A DNA stretch of 62,734 bases, counting the filler, from Asterionella formosa (lineage: Eukaryota), in the NCBI GenBank assembly GCA_002256025.1. It is 4 parts of 4 records of this genome, joined end to end, with 100 filler letters (N's around TTAATTAATTAA, not from the genome) between each part and the next. Parts side by side here need not be neighbours in the genome. Positions count along the whole stretch, not along the records: positions 20,524 to 40,925 come from NKIB01003380.1; 3 more parts are not named here. The stretch is one strand, 5' to 3'. Of this stretch, positions 21,922-33,210 are shown piece by piece. The notes under the pieces are model-generated. The model was given only the letters and a program-made list of their open reading frames with translations. It was not told where the DNA came from and made no database searches. The stretch's first letter is position 1. Each line of letters starts with the position of its first letter. Both the position numbers and the translations under genes were made by a program.

Positions 21922-24186
21922 TTAATCTAATTGCTGTTCGTCTAATTTGGCCAACAACCTTGTTAGGGCGGCAACAAAGGTGTCGGGGTCGTCAGTATGT
22001 GTCTCCACGACTTGATCCTTCAAGTACTCGCCATACACCGTATCCAAGTCTTTGTGCACGACAAAGGGATGTTTGTAAGCTGAGGCTTGCACGACGCTTC
22101 CAGTCATTTTCGATTTCGTAAAGTAGCCGGAGTTCTTCTTCGTATCTACCAAAGCCAAAATCACATCGCATCCTGTTGCCACTTGTTGTTGGTAGTCGAC
22201 ATAGGAATATGGAGCCGACTGGTTCGTCGGGACATGGTACTTTTCAAAAAAGGATGGAATGATACCCTTTCCCATAATAGTAATACTAAAGTCGCGACGG
22301 GTCGACGATTCCAGAAAACGCTCAAGCATCCCGAAGTTGCGCCGAATTACTTCACCAATCACACACAACCGATATGGAGGTTTGATTTGCGAGGAACGCG
22401 GGAACTGAGGCATTATGTTGGGAAAGTATGAATGCGGCTGATCAGGATGGAACCAAAATGCTCGCGAATGGTTGGCTACCTCTGGACAAGAGTCATGAAA
22501 CATGCAAACCAGAGATGAATCGACTTTCAGGGCTGCAACATACTCAGGCAAGCATTTGCATGTTGCTGTCACGTTAATTGCGTATGGAACAGACTGATTT
22601 GGATTCCCGGCTTGGGAATATACATTTCCTAGGCGACGGGTTCCTTCTGCATAGGTTTGGTTGCGCATAAACTCATTGGCGTATACAGCCCATTCTCTTG
22701 ACCTTGGATGAGGCGAGAGGTTAAAGTCAACAGTAATACCAGTATCTTTGCAGAATCCAGGAAGTGTATCCAGGGGGACCTTGGCCATGATGGACTCCAG
22801 GACTTCCAGGTGCTGATCATAATGCAAGTTGTCAATAACAATACGGCATTGATTTGCCTTGTCCAGCTTAACCGAAGTAGTGCTTACGGATGATACTGCT
22901 TTGACTCCGTGCTGTTCATCTAATCTGGCCAACAACCTTGTTAGGGCGGCAACAAAGGTGTCGGGGTCGTCAGTGTGTGTCTCCACGACTTGATCCTTCA
23001 AGTACTCGCCATACACCGTATCCAAGTCTTTGTGCACGACAAAGGGATGTTTGTAAGCTGAGGCTTGCACGACGCTTCCAGTCATTTTCGATTTCGTAAA
23101 GTAGCCGGAGTTCTTCTTCGTATCTACCAAAGCCAAAATCACATCGCATCCTGTTGCCACTTGATGTTGGTAGTCGACATAGGAATATGGAGCCGACTGG
23201 TTCGTCGGGACATGGTACTTTTCAAAAAAGGATGGAATGATACCCTTTCCCATAATAGTAATACTAAAGTCGCGACGGGTCGACGATTCCAGAAAACGCT
23301 CAAGCATCCCGAAGTTGCGCCGAATTACTTCACCAATCACACACAACCGATATGGAGGTTTGATTTGCGAGGAACGTGGGAACTGAGGCATTATGTTGGG
23401 AAAGTATGAATGCGGCTGATCAGGATGGAACCAAAATGCTCGCGAATGGTTGGCTACCTCTGGACAAGAGTCATGAAACATGCAAACCAGAGATGAATCG
23501 ACTTTCAGGGCTGCAACATACTCAGGCAAGCATTTGCATGTTGCTGTCACGTTAATTGCGTATGGAACAGACTGATTTGGATTCCCGGCTTGGGAATATA
23601 CATTTCCTAGGCGACGGGTTCCTTCTGCATAGGTTTGGTTGCGCATAAACTCATTGGCGTATACAGCCCATTCTCTTGACCTTGGATGAGGCGAGAGGTT
23701 AAAGTCAACAGTAATACCAGTATCTTTGCAGAATCCAGGAAGTGTATCCAGGGGGACCTTGGCCATGATGGACTCCAGGACTTCCAGGTGCTGATCATAA
23801 TGCAAGTTGTCAATAACAACACGGCATTGTTCTGATTCTGATCTTTGTTTCGTTTGCTGGAAATCTTGTTCAACCGTCATGGAGCTGCCACTGCTCTTTT
23901 CGGCTTTGTCGCCTTTTAAGTTTTTTCTGTCCTCCTTCACTTCGAGTATTACAGGCTTCTTCTGGATTTGGTCGAATCCCAAATCCGGAATCCAGCCAAA
24001 GCAAATGTAAAGTACGACACCCGCAAATAGAGTCAGACATAGAATAGCAGGTTGCACCCTTCTTGCCTTCTGTTTCGGAACTGTAGCATTTGTTCCGGAG
24101 TGTTGATGACATATTCGTGGTTTTCTTCCTGTCCCTACTCTGGTTGATTCTGTCATCTTTGTTTTCCTAGAAATCAGAATGGACAT
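21922..24186 (-). CDS. Type II membrane protein with two near-identical ~305-aa lumenal domains (glycosyltransferase-like, inferred)
   Basis: Basic N-tail, TM (ILCLTLFAGVVLYICFGW), stem, then the duplicated domain CR(V/I)VIDNLHYDQHLE...FVAALTRLLA. Confidence 0.82.
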   Translation of the reverse strand: MSILISRKTKMTESTRVGTGRKPRICHQHSGTNATVPKQKARRVQPAILCLTLFAGVVLYICFGWIPDLGFDQIQKKPVILEVKEDRKNLKGDKAEKSSGSSMTVEQDFQQTKQRSESEQCRVVIDNLHYDQHLEVLESIMAKVPLDTLPGFCKDTGITVDFNLSPHPRSREWAVYANEFMRNQTYAEGTRRLGNVYSQAGNPNQSVPYAINVTATCKCLPEYVAALKVDSSLVCMFHDSCPEVANHSRAFWFHPDQPHSYFPNIMPQFPRSSQIKPPYRLCVIGEVIRRNFGMLERFLESSTRRDFSITIMGKGIIPSFFEKYHVPTNQSAPYSYVDYQHQVATGCDVILALVDTKKNSGYFTKSKMTGSVVQASAYKHPFVVHKDLDTVYGEYLKDQVVETHTDDPDTFVAALTRLLARLDEQHGVKAVSSVSTTSVKLDKANQCRIVIDNLHYDQHLEVLESIMAKVPLDTLPGFCKDTGITVDFNLSPHPRSREWAVYANEFMRNQTYAEGTRRLGNVYSQAGNPNQSVPYAINVTATCKCLPEYVAALKVDSSLVCMFHDSCPEVANHSRAFWFHPDQPHSYFPNIMPQFPRSSQIKPPYRLCVIGEVIRRNFGMLERFLESSTRRDFSITIMGKGIIPSFFEKYHVPTNQSAPYSYVDYQQQVATGCDVILALVDTKKNSGYFTKSKMTGSVVQASAYKHPFVVHKDLDTVYGEYLKDQVVETHTDDPDTFVAALTRLLAKLDEQQLD
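21932..23828 (-). repeat. Intragenic direct duplication, 978-bp period, only a handful of substitutions
   Basis: 21932-22850 versus 22910-23828; the antisense ORFs at 22087 and 23065 are essentially identical. Confidence 0.95.
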
Positions 24187-24466
24187 GGTCGGTTTTTTTT
24201 AATAGAATGGCGAATTGCCATCAACTATAGAAATATTGATAGACTCAACATACCGTATACCAGGTAGATTACCAGTATGATGAGTATATGAGTATTATGG
24301 AACTCCCGGTATGGTATGGTAAATTAGAGTTTTGAAAAGGCCAACAGAAAAAATTCAAATCGAAACTGCGTACATCACCTTAACAATACTAGGTATTGGT
24401 ATACTACCTATGTACATGGTGGTGCGCTACATACCTGGTACCTGGTACCAGTACCAGGGTACCTGG

Positions 24467-25106
24467 AAGGTCCGGTAGTGCACGTTGTTTTATGCACACT
24501 TTTTCACTTTCGACTCAATCCCAAAGATTCGTCCCCTGCCTACTGGAAGGGTTAGGCTGGTTTTCCATTCCAAACTCTCTTCAGTAACTTTCTATGCCAT
24601 TGAATTATCATTCAGAAAATGCAAGTCATCTTCTGATCATCGAAATTGTGTTCAACTACTTCTACAGGTGATACTGTTCAGGAACTGGAAGACAGTTTGT
24701 TGGTTATGGATGAGTTCACAAATCGCTCAGTACCTTCTAGTCATAGTCAGGAAATTCTAGTTGTAGTTAGCTAATTCTAATCATTGCAAGCAAATTCTAT
24801 TCATATTCAGCAAATTATATTTGTACAGTAGTCAGCAAGTTCTAGTCGTTGTTAGCAAGTTCAAAACATAGAATGATTCCTATTTGTATTCCGAAGCAAG
24901 GAGACGGTTTTCTGAACCGGTTGATCAGGCAGCAAATCCAAGTCATGTTCAGAGTTTGATTCTGCAAATGTTCATCGTTCAATAAGAGTAACACATCCTA
25001 AATTATTCAAGGAATATTATCTTGTCCGGCAGGCATAGCTAGGACAAATCATTGGGAGTGAATTGTAACTGAAAAGGTGCGCATAAAACGTGCGCTACCG
25101 GACCTT
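24467..25106. mobile_element. ~640-bp non-autonomous TIR element (family B), ~65-bp imperfect TIRs, TSD CCTGG (or CTG)
   Basis: aaggtccggtagtgcacg...gattcgtcc versus ggacaaatc...cgtgcgctaccggacctt; both flanks read cctgg. Confidence 0.85.
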
Positions 25107-25762
25107 CCTGGTAAGCTATCCCGCACAACTACACGTATCTATATAGGGTTACTAGGGTTACATAGATTTTATCAGAACTCATTCAGGAGAGAACTTGACT
25201 AACACTTATTGAATACTTTGATGTCAACCTAAGAGAACAATTCAACGATTATCTAATAATCCACTGGATTGTAGTATGTTAAATGGCTGCGTGGGGTCAT
25301 AACAATGCCTCATTCGGTTGGGGTACTGTGTGACATTGTGCAATTCCTACTGGGAATACATCTGCCCAGAAAATCTCAGTGGTCACAAACCCTTGGCTTC
25401 TGCAGGTCAGTTGGTGGCATTCGTACCTACTAAGAAACAGCGGACTGCTGATAACAGAGGTATGTGCGATAATAGCGATGCTATTCATCATGACATATTG
25501 AGCGTGTCTCACGTCAGTCATCGCCTGGGTAATATTATCTATTTACAGAATGATTATACATTTGAAACCGCCAATTGCAGTAACGCGGAATATATACAAA
25601 TGTATTGATGGACATGACATCCTACATACATATCAGGATCGATTCCGGTTTCCTGTTTCAATTCTAAGAATACGTTGACGTCTATTCATTTAATTCCGAA
25701 ATCTCTGTTACCGCCACAATTAGTGCATGCTATACCTATGCATAAAATATTGCAACAAACAT

Positions 25763-26173
25763 TTATTCTTTTGTTTTGTTCCTTTTCTTCAATGCAAGTA
25801 CTTTTCCGCGAAGTGTATTTAATTCATGTTTCCTTTTTGTTTCTTTTGGACTGATGATAATGTCTGAAAATCGCTTTTGTTCCAGTGTAGCAGAAAGAAT
25901 GTTTCGCCCAAGGGCAAATGTTTGTGCAGAGGCCAGTAGTCCTGCTGTTATCCTCTTCTTGTGTCCCTCAACAATGTGGGCATTCGCTGTCTCAATTCTC
26001 TTTGTAATAGCTTGGGCTTTCTTAGCTTCTAGCTCCCCAATCAGACAAATCTGAATGATGACTAGCTCTTCAGGAGACAACTTCTTTCGAGGCAAGGCTT
26101 TGCCTTGTCGAGGTGCTTTCCAGGTCATGATGATTGGTATTGTGATGAGTGGTGAGTAATTTTTTGTTTGCAT
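25763..26173 (-). mobile_element. Second pogo/DDE_1-like transposase C-terminal remnant
   Basis: KKRITAGLLASAQTFALG resembles HTAGLHVVAAGRQLL of the 14138 remnant. Confidence 0.4.
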
Positions 26174-26825
26174 TTAAATTGTGTAATAATAATTTGGGCT
26201 CACCAGAAATTCCTAATTGAGGTTTTCCATCAGTGAATTTATCTCTTTATTATGGCGCACAAGAGAAAGCGCAATGACTTCGTAGCCACATTATATAAAT
26301 TTTTGGGGATACTAAAGAACTAGTTTTCTAGAAAAGGTAATGCTTTCTCAATAGAGGAAACGTGAAAATATCCAAGTTTAAGTAATGCTTGCTCAATAGA
26401 GTAAATGTGAAAATATCCAAGTTTCACAATTTCGCATCGACTGCAACCTATGGGCGATAAAACCTAATGAACAATGTACAAAATGCAACAACACAATTAC
26501 GTAAGTATTTACTTGCTGTATACATCTGATCAACTCCTTCATGAAAATAATTTGAATTTATCTTGCAAAATAAGTTCAAACCATGCATTTACTCCGTTTA
26601 GCGGTGCCTTACAGTCTTTAGGTGGTACCTGGTATTCCTCATCTTCTGACAGTGTATTGTCATCAGATCTTCTTATTTAACTAATATACCCATTAGGAAT
26701 TCTATCCAATAATAATAAATGTACTCAATACAACTGCTGAGCATCAGATATTGCATTTTTGGCGTAGGAACCTGAATCTACTCGATTTTCCCTGACAAAT
26801 TAAGGGGGTGGACTAATAAGACCTA

Positions 26826-27668
26826 CATCTACAACGCCGATTACTGGTACAGCCGCCACAAAAAAACGCTAGTCCACCCAATTTAGCTACGTACACAATT
26901 TAAGGGTATGACATCACATAAAAAATATGATGCATCATACAATATATATATGAACGGAGCGAACTAAAATAGTTTCGACAACTTCCATAATCACATAATT
27001 TTGGGGCCAACTGACAATATTTTCTGGCAACACGAAGAAAAATTTGTTCAGTAATAATCTCTATAATACGCTACTTTTCTCTATGATTCGCAACATTTTC
27101 GTTCACAAATCTTCTTCACTCTGACTTCCATTAATTCTGTTAGCTCGCTCCCATTTTATCTTTACTTTGATCACATTATTACCTCAAGGGTAAACAAATA
27201 TAAATGCTAGTCAAACAAATAATTATGTGTAACCAATCAACGTTTCAATTTAATTCTACAATCGCAAAATCAATCAAATTAATCGCTTCGCTATATAGTT
27301 TATATTGATACTTCAATAGAGCAAACGCGATTCTCAAACCAATACGACAAGCAATGGATGTTCATTCTTGCAGCTTGATGCTGTAACTGATCGCAAAATT
27401 GCTTGGCTACTCATACTTGCAGGAGTCACTGTTAATACTACCGGTAGTAGATCAATTCATAGCAAATGAGCCGGCTGTTCATTCTCATTGCTCAGATTGA
27501 TTGTCTGTTGTAGAAAGAGGGCGACATTTGCAGAGTGAGTTGACGAGAAAACAAAAGTTGCGAAGCCATGATTTCGGTTCTGCTGTGCTCCTTACCATGT
27601 TCCCCAATGGCCAACCCAACCCTCATCAAATTGATTGTCTGCAATCAGTGAACCACAGTTGCAGAGTG
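26826..27668 (+). repeat. Dispersed repeat, copy of 14951-15838; continues into internal subrepeats to ~28140
   Basis: Colinear match. The motif attgattgtctg..N..ttgcagagt recurs at ~27496, 27630, 27757 and 28091. Confidence 0.88.
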
Positions 27669-28819
27669 ATTTCATGAACAAACAATTGTTACAAAGGCAT
27701 CGTTTTCGTTGTGCTTACCATGCCGCCTGATTCCCAACAAAACCCTCGCTTAACAGATTGATTGTCTGTAGACAAAGAACAGCGTTTGCAGAGTTAGTTC
27801 ATGATCAACAAGTAACAAGCACACAATCAAGCCCTTCTTCTAATTCATGACAAAAAAGCAATGCATGCGCTAGCAATTCCGAACAAAGACGAAGGAGAAT
27901 AGGAGAGGAGATCCACAACAAGCAACAGCAAACAATATCAGCAGAAGGTAAGAAAACATTGCACTTGCTTGATTACCATGTATATTTTTGTCCCCTTTGT
28001 ACCAGAGGAATCGTTTCGACCATGCGAAAAACAAATGATTGATGACACATTTCATTCTTCTCAAGTTTCAACCCTTCCTGCCAAAAAAAGATTGATTGTC
28101 TGTAGGAAGAGGACAAGGTTTGCAGAGTAAGTTCATGACTGACCACCGTTCTAATTCCAAACGGAACAAGCAAGAGGAAGAATGAAATGGAGGTAGAGGA
28201 ACTACAACAACAATCAAACATAGTTCCGAACACAAGTCGAAGAACACGATGGTGCAGAGCAACAAGAGGAAGAACAACAACAATGCAACACAGGACCTGT
28301 CTCCATTTCCCAAAATATTAACTGCTTACCATATATTTCTCGAACTTTCAGATGCATCCTTTCTGTACTACTGACGAGGAATAACAAAACAATTGCCAGT
28401 CTTTTTCTTCCAGAACCGGCCCGCAACAGAGTCCTCCCTCGTTGCTTTTCTGGAAGCGAAGAACATGATTCACAGAGTAAGATCATAGCTGTTTAAACTC
28501 ACACAAGACCTTTTTCACAATGTATGTTCAGCCAGTTCAAATGGAAGGCAAAGAACAAGCAAGAGAAGGGTATACAGCCACAGTAACCACAATGCATCAC
28601 CAGCCAGCTCCTTGTTTCCAACAAAAAGATCCAAAGGGATAATAGCAGAAACAACAGCAATAGCGACAACGTCAACAACAACCACATTGCATAATGCATT
28701 TTACCACGAAAGTGATTTTTTGTTCCTTTACTGCGTTCTAGCCAGCAGCTGTTTTTCATTAAAAAAACCTGTCACAGATAGTCCTCCTCCTATACCTTCG
28801 CTTTGTACTAGCCATGTGT

Positions 28820-29202
28820 ACATTCTAGTTAACAAAAAGCTGGCGCACGGTCTATGCTTTGTCAGTATACTTTTTGGTGAGCAATGCAGACCTCACGAAA
28901 ATCTAACCAACATGGTGAATCGTCAGGATTTTCAACGTTGTGATTTGCAATTGATTTGTAATGCTATATGGCTGCACAGTTCCATCCCATCAAGGATCAA
29001 AACAGCCTTGATACCCCCCTGCCTTATCAACTCCATCAATTGGGACCACCAATGCCTTGAACTGAACACAATCATTCGGCCTCATGATTGCCCCACAGCA
29101 GTCATGCTGCTCACAGCTTCTTCCCTTGGTGTTACCTCTGAGGCCAAGGATTTCGCCATCATGAATGTCATCCGCAATTCTTGTGTTGTTTACATGTGAC
29201 AA
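28820..29202 (-). pseudogene. Degenerate small Cys/His ORF (DGEILGL.G...GRSCEQHDCCG), probably TE-associated
   Basis: After a frameshift the frame continues IKAVLILDGMELC, then stops. It lies next to a TIR-like end at 29341-29370. Confidence 0.45.
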
Positions 29203-29340
29203 TATTTTACAGACGATGATATACGAAGATACATATCAATAAATAGAATACGTTTATGTTGTGTTATTTTTCTGTACACATGAAATATTTGGGAGTTTTG
29301 CGCCATATTTACAAAGGGGGGGGGGGGTACAGGTATCTGG

Positions 29341-29370
29341 GGGGAGACGAGAAAACCAGGTTTTACGGTA
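29341..29370 (-). mobile_element. Probable Tc1/mariner-pogo-type TIR end (TA|CCGTAAAACCTGGT)
   Basis: A near-identical end, ...accaggttttacggta, lies at 41158-41186. Confidence 0.5.
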
Positions 29371-29958
29371 TTTATACCGGTATGAATAAGATATGCTTTT
29401 AATTCTTGCTATCGTAGAGTACAATGAGCCAAATCAGTTTCGTATTCATTTCATTGTATTCACTAATAAATATCTATTTCGGTATATAGGGTATATGAAC
29501 GGAAGTAAATACCGGAACATCCCGGTACATAATTTCAGTTGTCTACTTACGCAACCGTTACCAGTGCGTCCTGAAACACATATTAGGAGTAATCCTTGCA
29601 TTTTCAATTTAATGATGTGTTTGCATGTATGAAGAATTTTAAACGTGTGTGTTTTTTTAAGTTTCCCGTTTACATACAAAACAGTACACCTGTTCATAAA
29701 GTTCCCCGAAGTGGGACCCATCCCACACGACCCAGAACATGTGATTCCGGAAATCCAATAAATACCCCTTATACGTTAGCTCTTATCTAGAAAGTACCGG
29801 TACCAGTTGCCAAACAGGGCGGTACCTGGCACACACAGGAACTGGTACCAATCGTACCAATTCTACGAACCTCCACTGTCGCATTTTCAGCAGAAGGAGC
29901 GGCAAGGTTGTGTTGGTCGCTCTTGTGAACCACAAAAAATTGAACTCCTGAAACACAC

Positions 29959-30000
<42 letters not shown>

Positions 30001-30020
30001 CAACAACAGCAACAACAACA
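29959..30020 (+). repeat. (CAG)n(CAA)n microsatellite directly before the ATG
   Basis: Seen in sequence. Confidence 0.95.
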
Positions 30021-31826
30021 ATGATCCTCCGTTTCCTCAACTTTGTCGCTCTTGTAGTGCCCTTCGTCGCCTCTCAAACTTGCACATTGTGTACCGATGG
30101 AACTAATCCATCAGTTATACCCAATAACTCGGTAGCCCTCCAGACTTGTCCACAAGTCATTGCGTTGCTACCTCAAATTACTACGGCGAGTGCTTGCGCT
30201 GACACTCAGAGCCAATTCGGGAATCTTTGCGGGTGTCTTGGATCTTCCGCTTTTACGTGTGATGTATGTCCAAATGGAGGGGCGACCAATCCATTTGGAG
30301 ACGCCAACAATAGGACTTGCGCTGCTATCGAGATCGCTGCAGCCCTGGCGACTGACGACCAACAGTGCTCTGATAGTTTGGCGCCCTTTTGGAACCGGAC
30401 GAACATCACGGAGGTTTGTGGATGCCCTGGTGTTCCTCAACCTTGCTCCCTTTGTCCTGGCGGAGCAACACCCGGAAACCCTTCGCTATCCCTTGGACAA
30501 CAGCTTACTTGCGCAAACTTCGATGCATCTCTAAGACTTGCTGGTCCAGATCCGAATTGCGGACTCATTCACGAGAAAGGATATCCAATCGTTTGTGGTT
30601 GCCCAGGGTTTGAAAATCAAAAACCATGCTCGATTTGTGATGGTGGCGACACGCGTGACAGCCCTCGTGATCCAGCTGCTGCAGGTTACTGTACAAATTT
30701 GGATAATAGAGCTCTGAATACGTCAGTGACTTCCTGCGATGGGAATACTAATGCCTATGATCAATGGTTATGTGGCTGCCCTAATGCTGTTCCAGATTGC
30801 CCCTTGTGTGAGAGTACTGGTCAATCGCCTAATTATGACCAGGCATCTAACTTTTCAACTGTCGGTGGAACGTGTTTAGTGGACCAGGTATTCTTACAGA
30901 ACATTGTTCAATTGGACTGCACAGCTGCGCAAGGCACTGTTGGTCAGGTTTGTGGATGCAATAATCCCAATGCTGCTGCATCTGTTTGTCTTATTTGTAC
31001 CGACCATGCGCTTCCCGACCCGAACAAAATGGTTCCTTCCTTTGGACATTCGTGTGGGTTCATTGAATACTTTGCTACCGCCCAAAATAATGCCGGTTCC
31101 AAGTCTTGCACGTTTTACCGAGGCGAATACGTCGCTACTTGCTGCGAAGGTGCACCTGACCCCTACCCTCCTCGCCCTTCAGGGCCTTCAAGTCAAGCCC
31201 CAATAGGATTTCCGCCCATCGCAGCGCCAGTTCCTGCTCCTGTTGCACCAATTTCTGCTCCAGTTGCACCAATTCCTGCTCCAGTTGCACCAATTTCTGC
31301 TCCAGTTGCACCAATTCCTGCTCCTGTTGCACCAAATCCTGCTCCTGTTGCACCAATTTCTGCCCCAGTTGCACCAACTTCTGCTCCAGTTGCACCAATA
31401 CCTGCTCCTGTTGCACCAATTTCTGCGCCTGTTGCACCAATTCCTGCTCCTACTGCACCATTTTCTGCTCCTGTTGCACCAATTCCTGCTCCTCCTGCAC
31501 CAACTCCTGCGCCTGTTGCACCCACTGCAGGTTCTTCTCCTGCTCCTGTCACCTCTGCTCCTATTGCAGGCACCTCTGCTCCTATTTCAGACACCTCTGC
31601 TCCAGTCAAACCTGCTCCTGTCACCTCAGCCCCAGTCAAACCCCCTGTGGTCAGTTCTGCACCAACGACAAATAGTAGTAATCCAGTCCCAACGTCGGAA
31701 CCAGCCGGGAATGGCACATCGAGTCCACCCACCCCCACTAATCCACCCCTTACGTCAGGTGCTGCTACATTGTGGTCCATGTGGACCGGTGTTGCTGTCA
31801 TGTTCTTTGCAATCTTTGTGAATTGA
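30021..31826 (+). CDS. Secreted Cys-rich repeat protein with Pro/Ala-rich stalk and probable GPI signal
   Basis: Signal peptide; ~6 modules CxxC..G...C...C...CGC; (APVAPI[S/P])n 21-bp repeats at ~31227-31520; tail TSGA + hydrophobic C-terminus. Confidence 0.9.
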   Translation: MILRFLNFVALVVPFVASQTCTLCTDGTNPSVIPNNSVALQTCPQVIALLPQITTASACADTQSQFGNLCGCLGSSAFTCDVCPNGGATNPFGDANNRTCAAIEIAAALATDDQQCSDSLAPFWNRTNITEVCGCPGVPQPCSLCPGGATPGNPSLSLGQQLTCANFDASLRLAGPDPNCGLIHEKGYPIVCGCPGFENQKPCSICDGGDTRDSPRDPAAAGYCTNLDNRALNTSVTSCDGNTNAYDQWLCGCPNAVPDCPLCESTGQSPNYDQASNFSTVGGTCLVDQVFLQNIVQLDCTAAQGTVGQVCGCNNPNAAASVCLICTDHALPDPNKMVPSFGHSCGFIEYFATAQNNAGSKSCTFYRGEYVATCCEGAPDPYPPRPSGPSSQAPIGFPPIAAPVPAPVAPISAPVAPIPAPVAPISAPVAPIPAPVAPNPAPVAPISAPVAPTSAPVAPIPAPVAPISAPVAPIPAPTAPFSAPVAPIPAPPAPTPAPVAPTAGSSPAPVTSAPIAGTSAPISDTSAPVKPAPVTSAPVKPPVVSSAPTTNSSNPVPTSEPAGNGTSSPPTPTNPPLTSGAATLWSMWTGVAVMFFAIFVN

Positions 31827-32113
31827 GGCAGCACCTAACAGCCTACAAAAAACCGTCAGTGCATTTAGTAATAAGAATATAGTATATATTTTGCGTGTGA
31901 TAGAGTTCGTTTACAGGTAAATAATGCCATCCGATCCAACCTCTCTACATACATATGTAGGTAGGTCGCCTAATAGTAGGAGTAGTACCGGTAGTAGTAT
32001 TAAGAGTCCAAAAGGCAATAGAAGCCTTTCTTCCTTAATAATTCCATGCCTGATGTATCTGAAATACAGACAATCAACAAATGCTTTAATAATCCCATAG
32101 TAGTTTGATTTGA

Positions 32114-32875
32114 TTAACGTTCCAATTGAGCCATGAGACTTGCCATTTGATCTTGCAATACTTTCAACTGTGTCATGGCAGTAGTTTTCATTTCTCCTGT
32201 CAAATCAGATGCAGAATTCAAATCACTCAAATGAATGTATTTCCCATCACCAATGGCAATATCGAAGACAACATTTTCCCGCCCACGTCGCTTCTTGGTC
32301 ACAGTGGCAACTAAATCTCCGACATCAACTGTATCTATGGGTGTTCCATTTTTGGAGCTAAAAACAAGGTGAGTGTGAGAGCGTCCACCGCAAAGTGCAA
32401 GCCCATACTCACACATAGCAACTTACTACATGGCCTCCCCTCTCTGGACTGTTCTTGTTACAGTGTTTGGTACACAATTGCTAGTCTTTTTCGCTGCTGG
32501 AGTTTCTAGTTCCGTTCGAATCCGTTTCTTGTTTGTATTTGTTGTGGCAAAAATGTCCAACAAATTGCAATCATATTGAGCATTAAAGTCTCGAATGGTC
32601 ATTTTCTTGACTGCCTTGCTCAATTTCAACATGCCTGCCCCATGTGTTTGCTTGAGTTCTTGTTTCGCCTTGAGAACGTGCTTCGTCAATTCGTTCTTTT
32701 TGGAGTCTAAACACTCGTGTGCGTCTTGTAAATAGGCCAATAGATGGTTCTTGTTGCAAAGGTTGACATTATTGCTGTTGCTGTTGGTCATATCAGACAG
32801 GATGCCCATGATGTTGGTATCCCCCATGCTAGTGGTGGTGGCGCTGCTGCTGTTGGCAGTCAAAGGTAGAACCAT
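32114..32875 (-). CDS. Borealin/Nbl1-like chromosomal passenger protein; 2 exons (intron 32358-32426)
   Basis: Helix ...MLKLSKAVKKMTIRDF resembles Nbl1_Borealin_N. Splicing yields RTVQRGEAMYSKNGTPI, like the Borealin R..GE...S.NGSP motif. Confidence 0.68.
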
Positions 32876-33210
32876 AATGTAAGCACGAGCAGTGATGAGC
32901 GGAAGGCAACGATCGTTGGCTTTGTGGGTAAAAACGTCAAAAATTTACGTACGATAATACCGGTCATCAAGATATACCGGTACATAAATGGAACAGAATC
33001 ATCCTGATGTGTGGAAATTTTGAATTGGAGGACGAGCGAACGACGGTTATGATGAACAAAATCGGACGGAAACTAGATTAGTTCAAGCATGTTGGCCAAA
33101 CGACGACGACAAAAAGACATACCGGTACATCACCACACCGCCAATGTACGCCCAACAGGCGTACCACCGGAAGCATATTTAAAGAAAAGAACAGAAAAAG
33201 CAATTCCACC

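Noticed and set aside
27490..28140. Spaced repeats with variable spacers as CRISPR-like
   Set aside because: The repeats are degenerate and irregularly spaced, and sit inside a dispersed TE-like repeat.
31135..31834. Alternative-frame and antisense ORFs (LHQFLLQ, GATGAEI repeats); likewise 54605-55453, 2073-2321 and 29783-30106
   Set aside because: Shadows of coding repeats or microsatellites.
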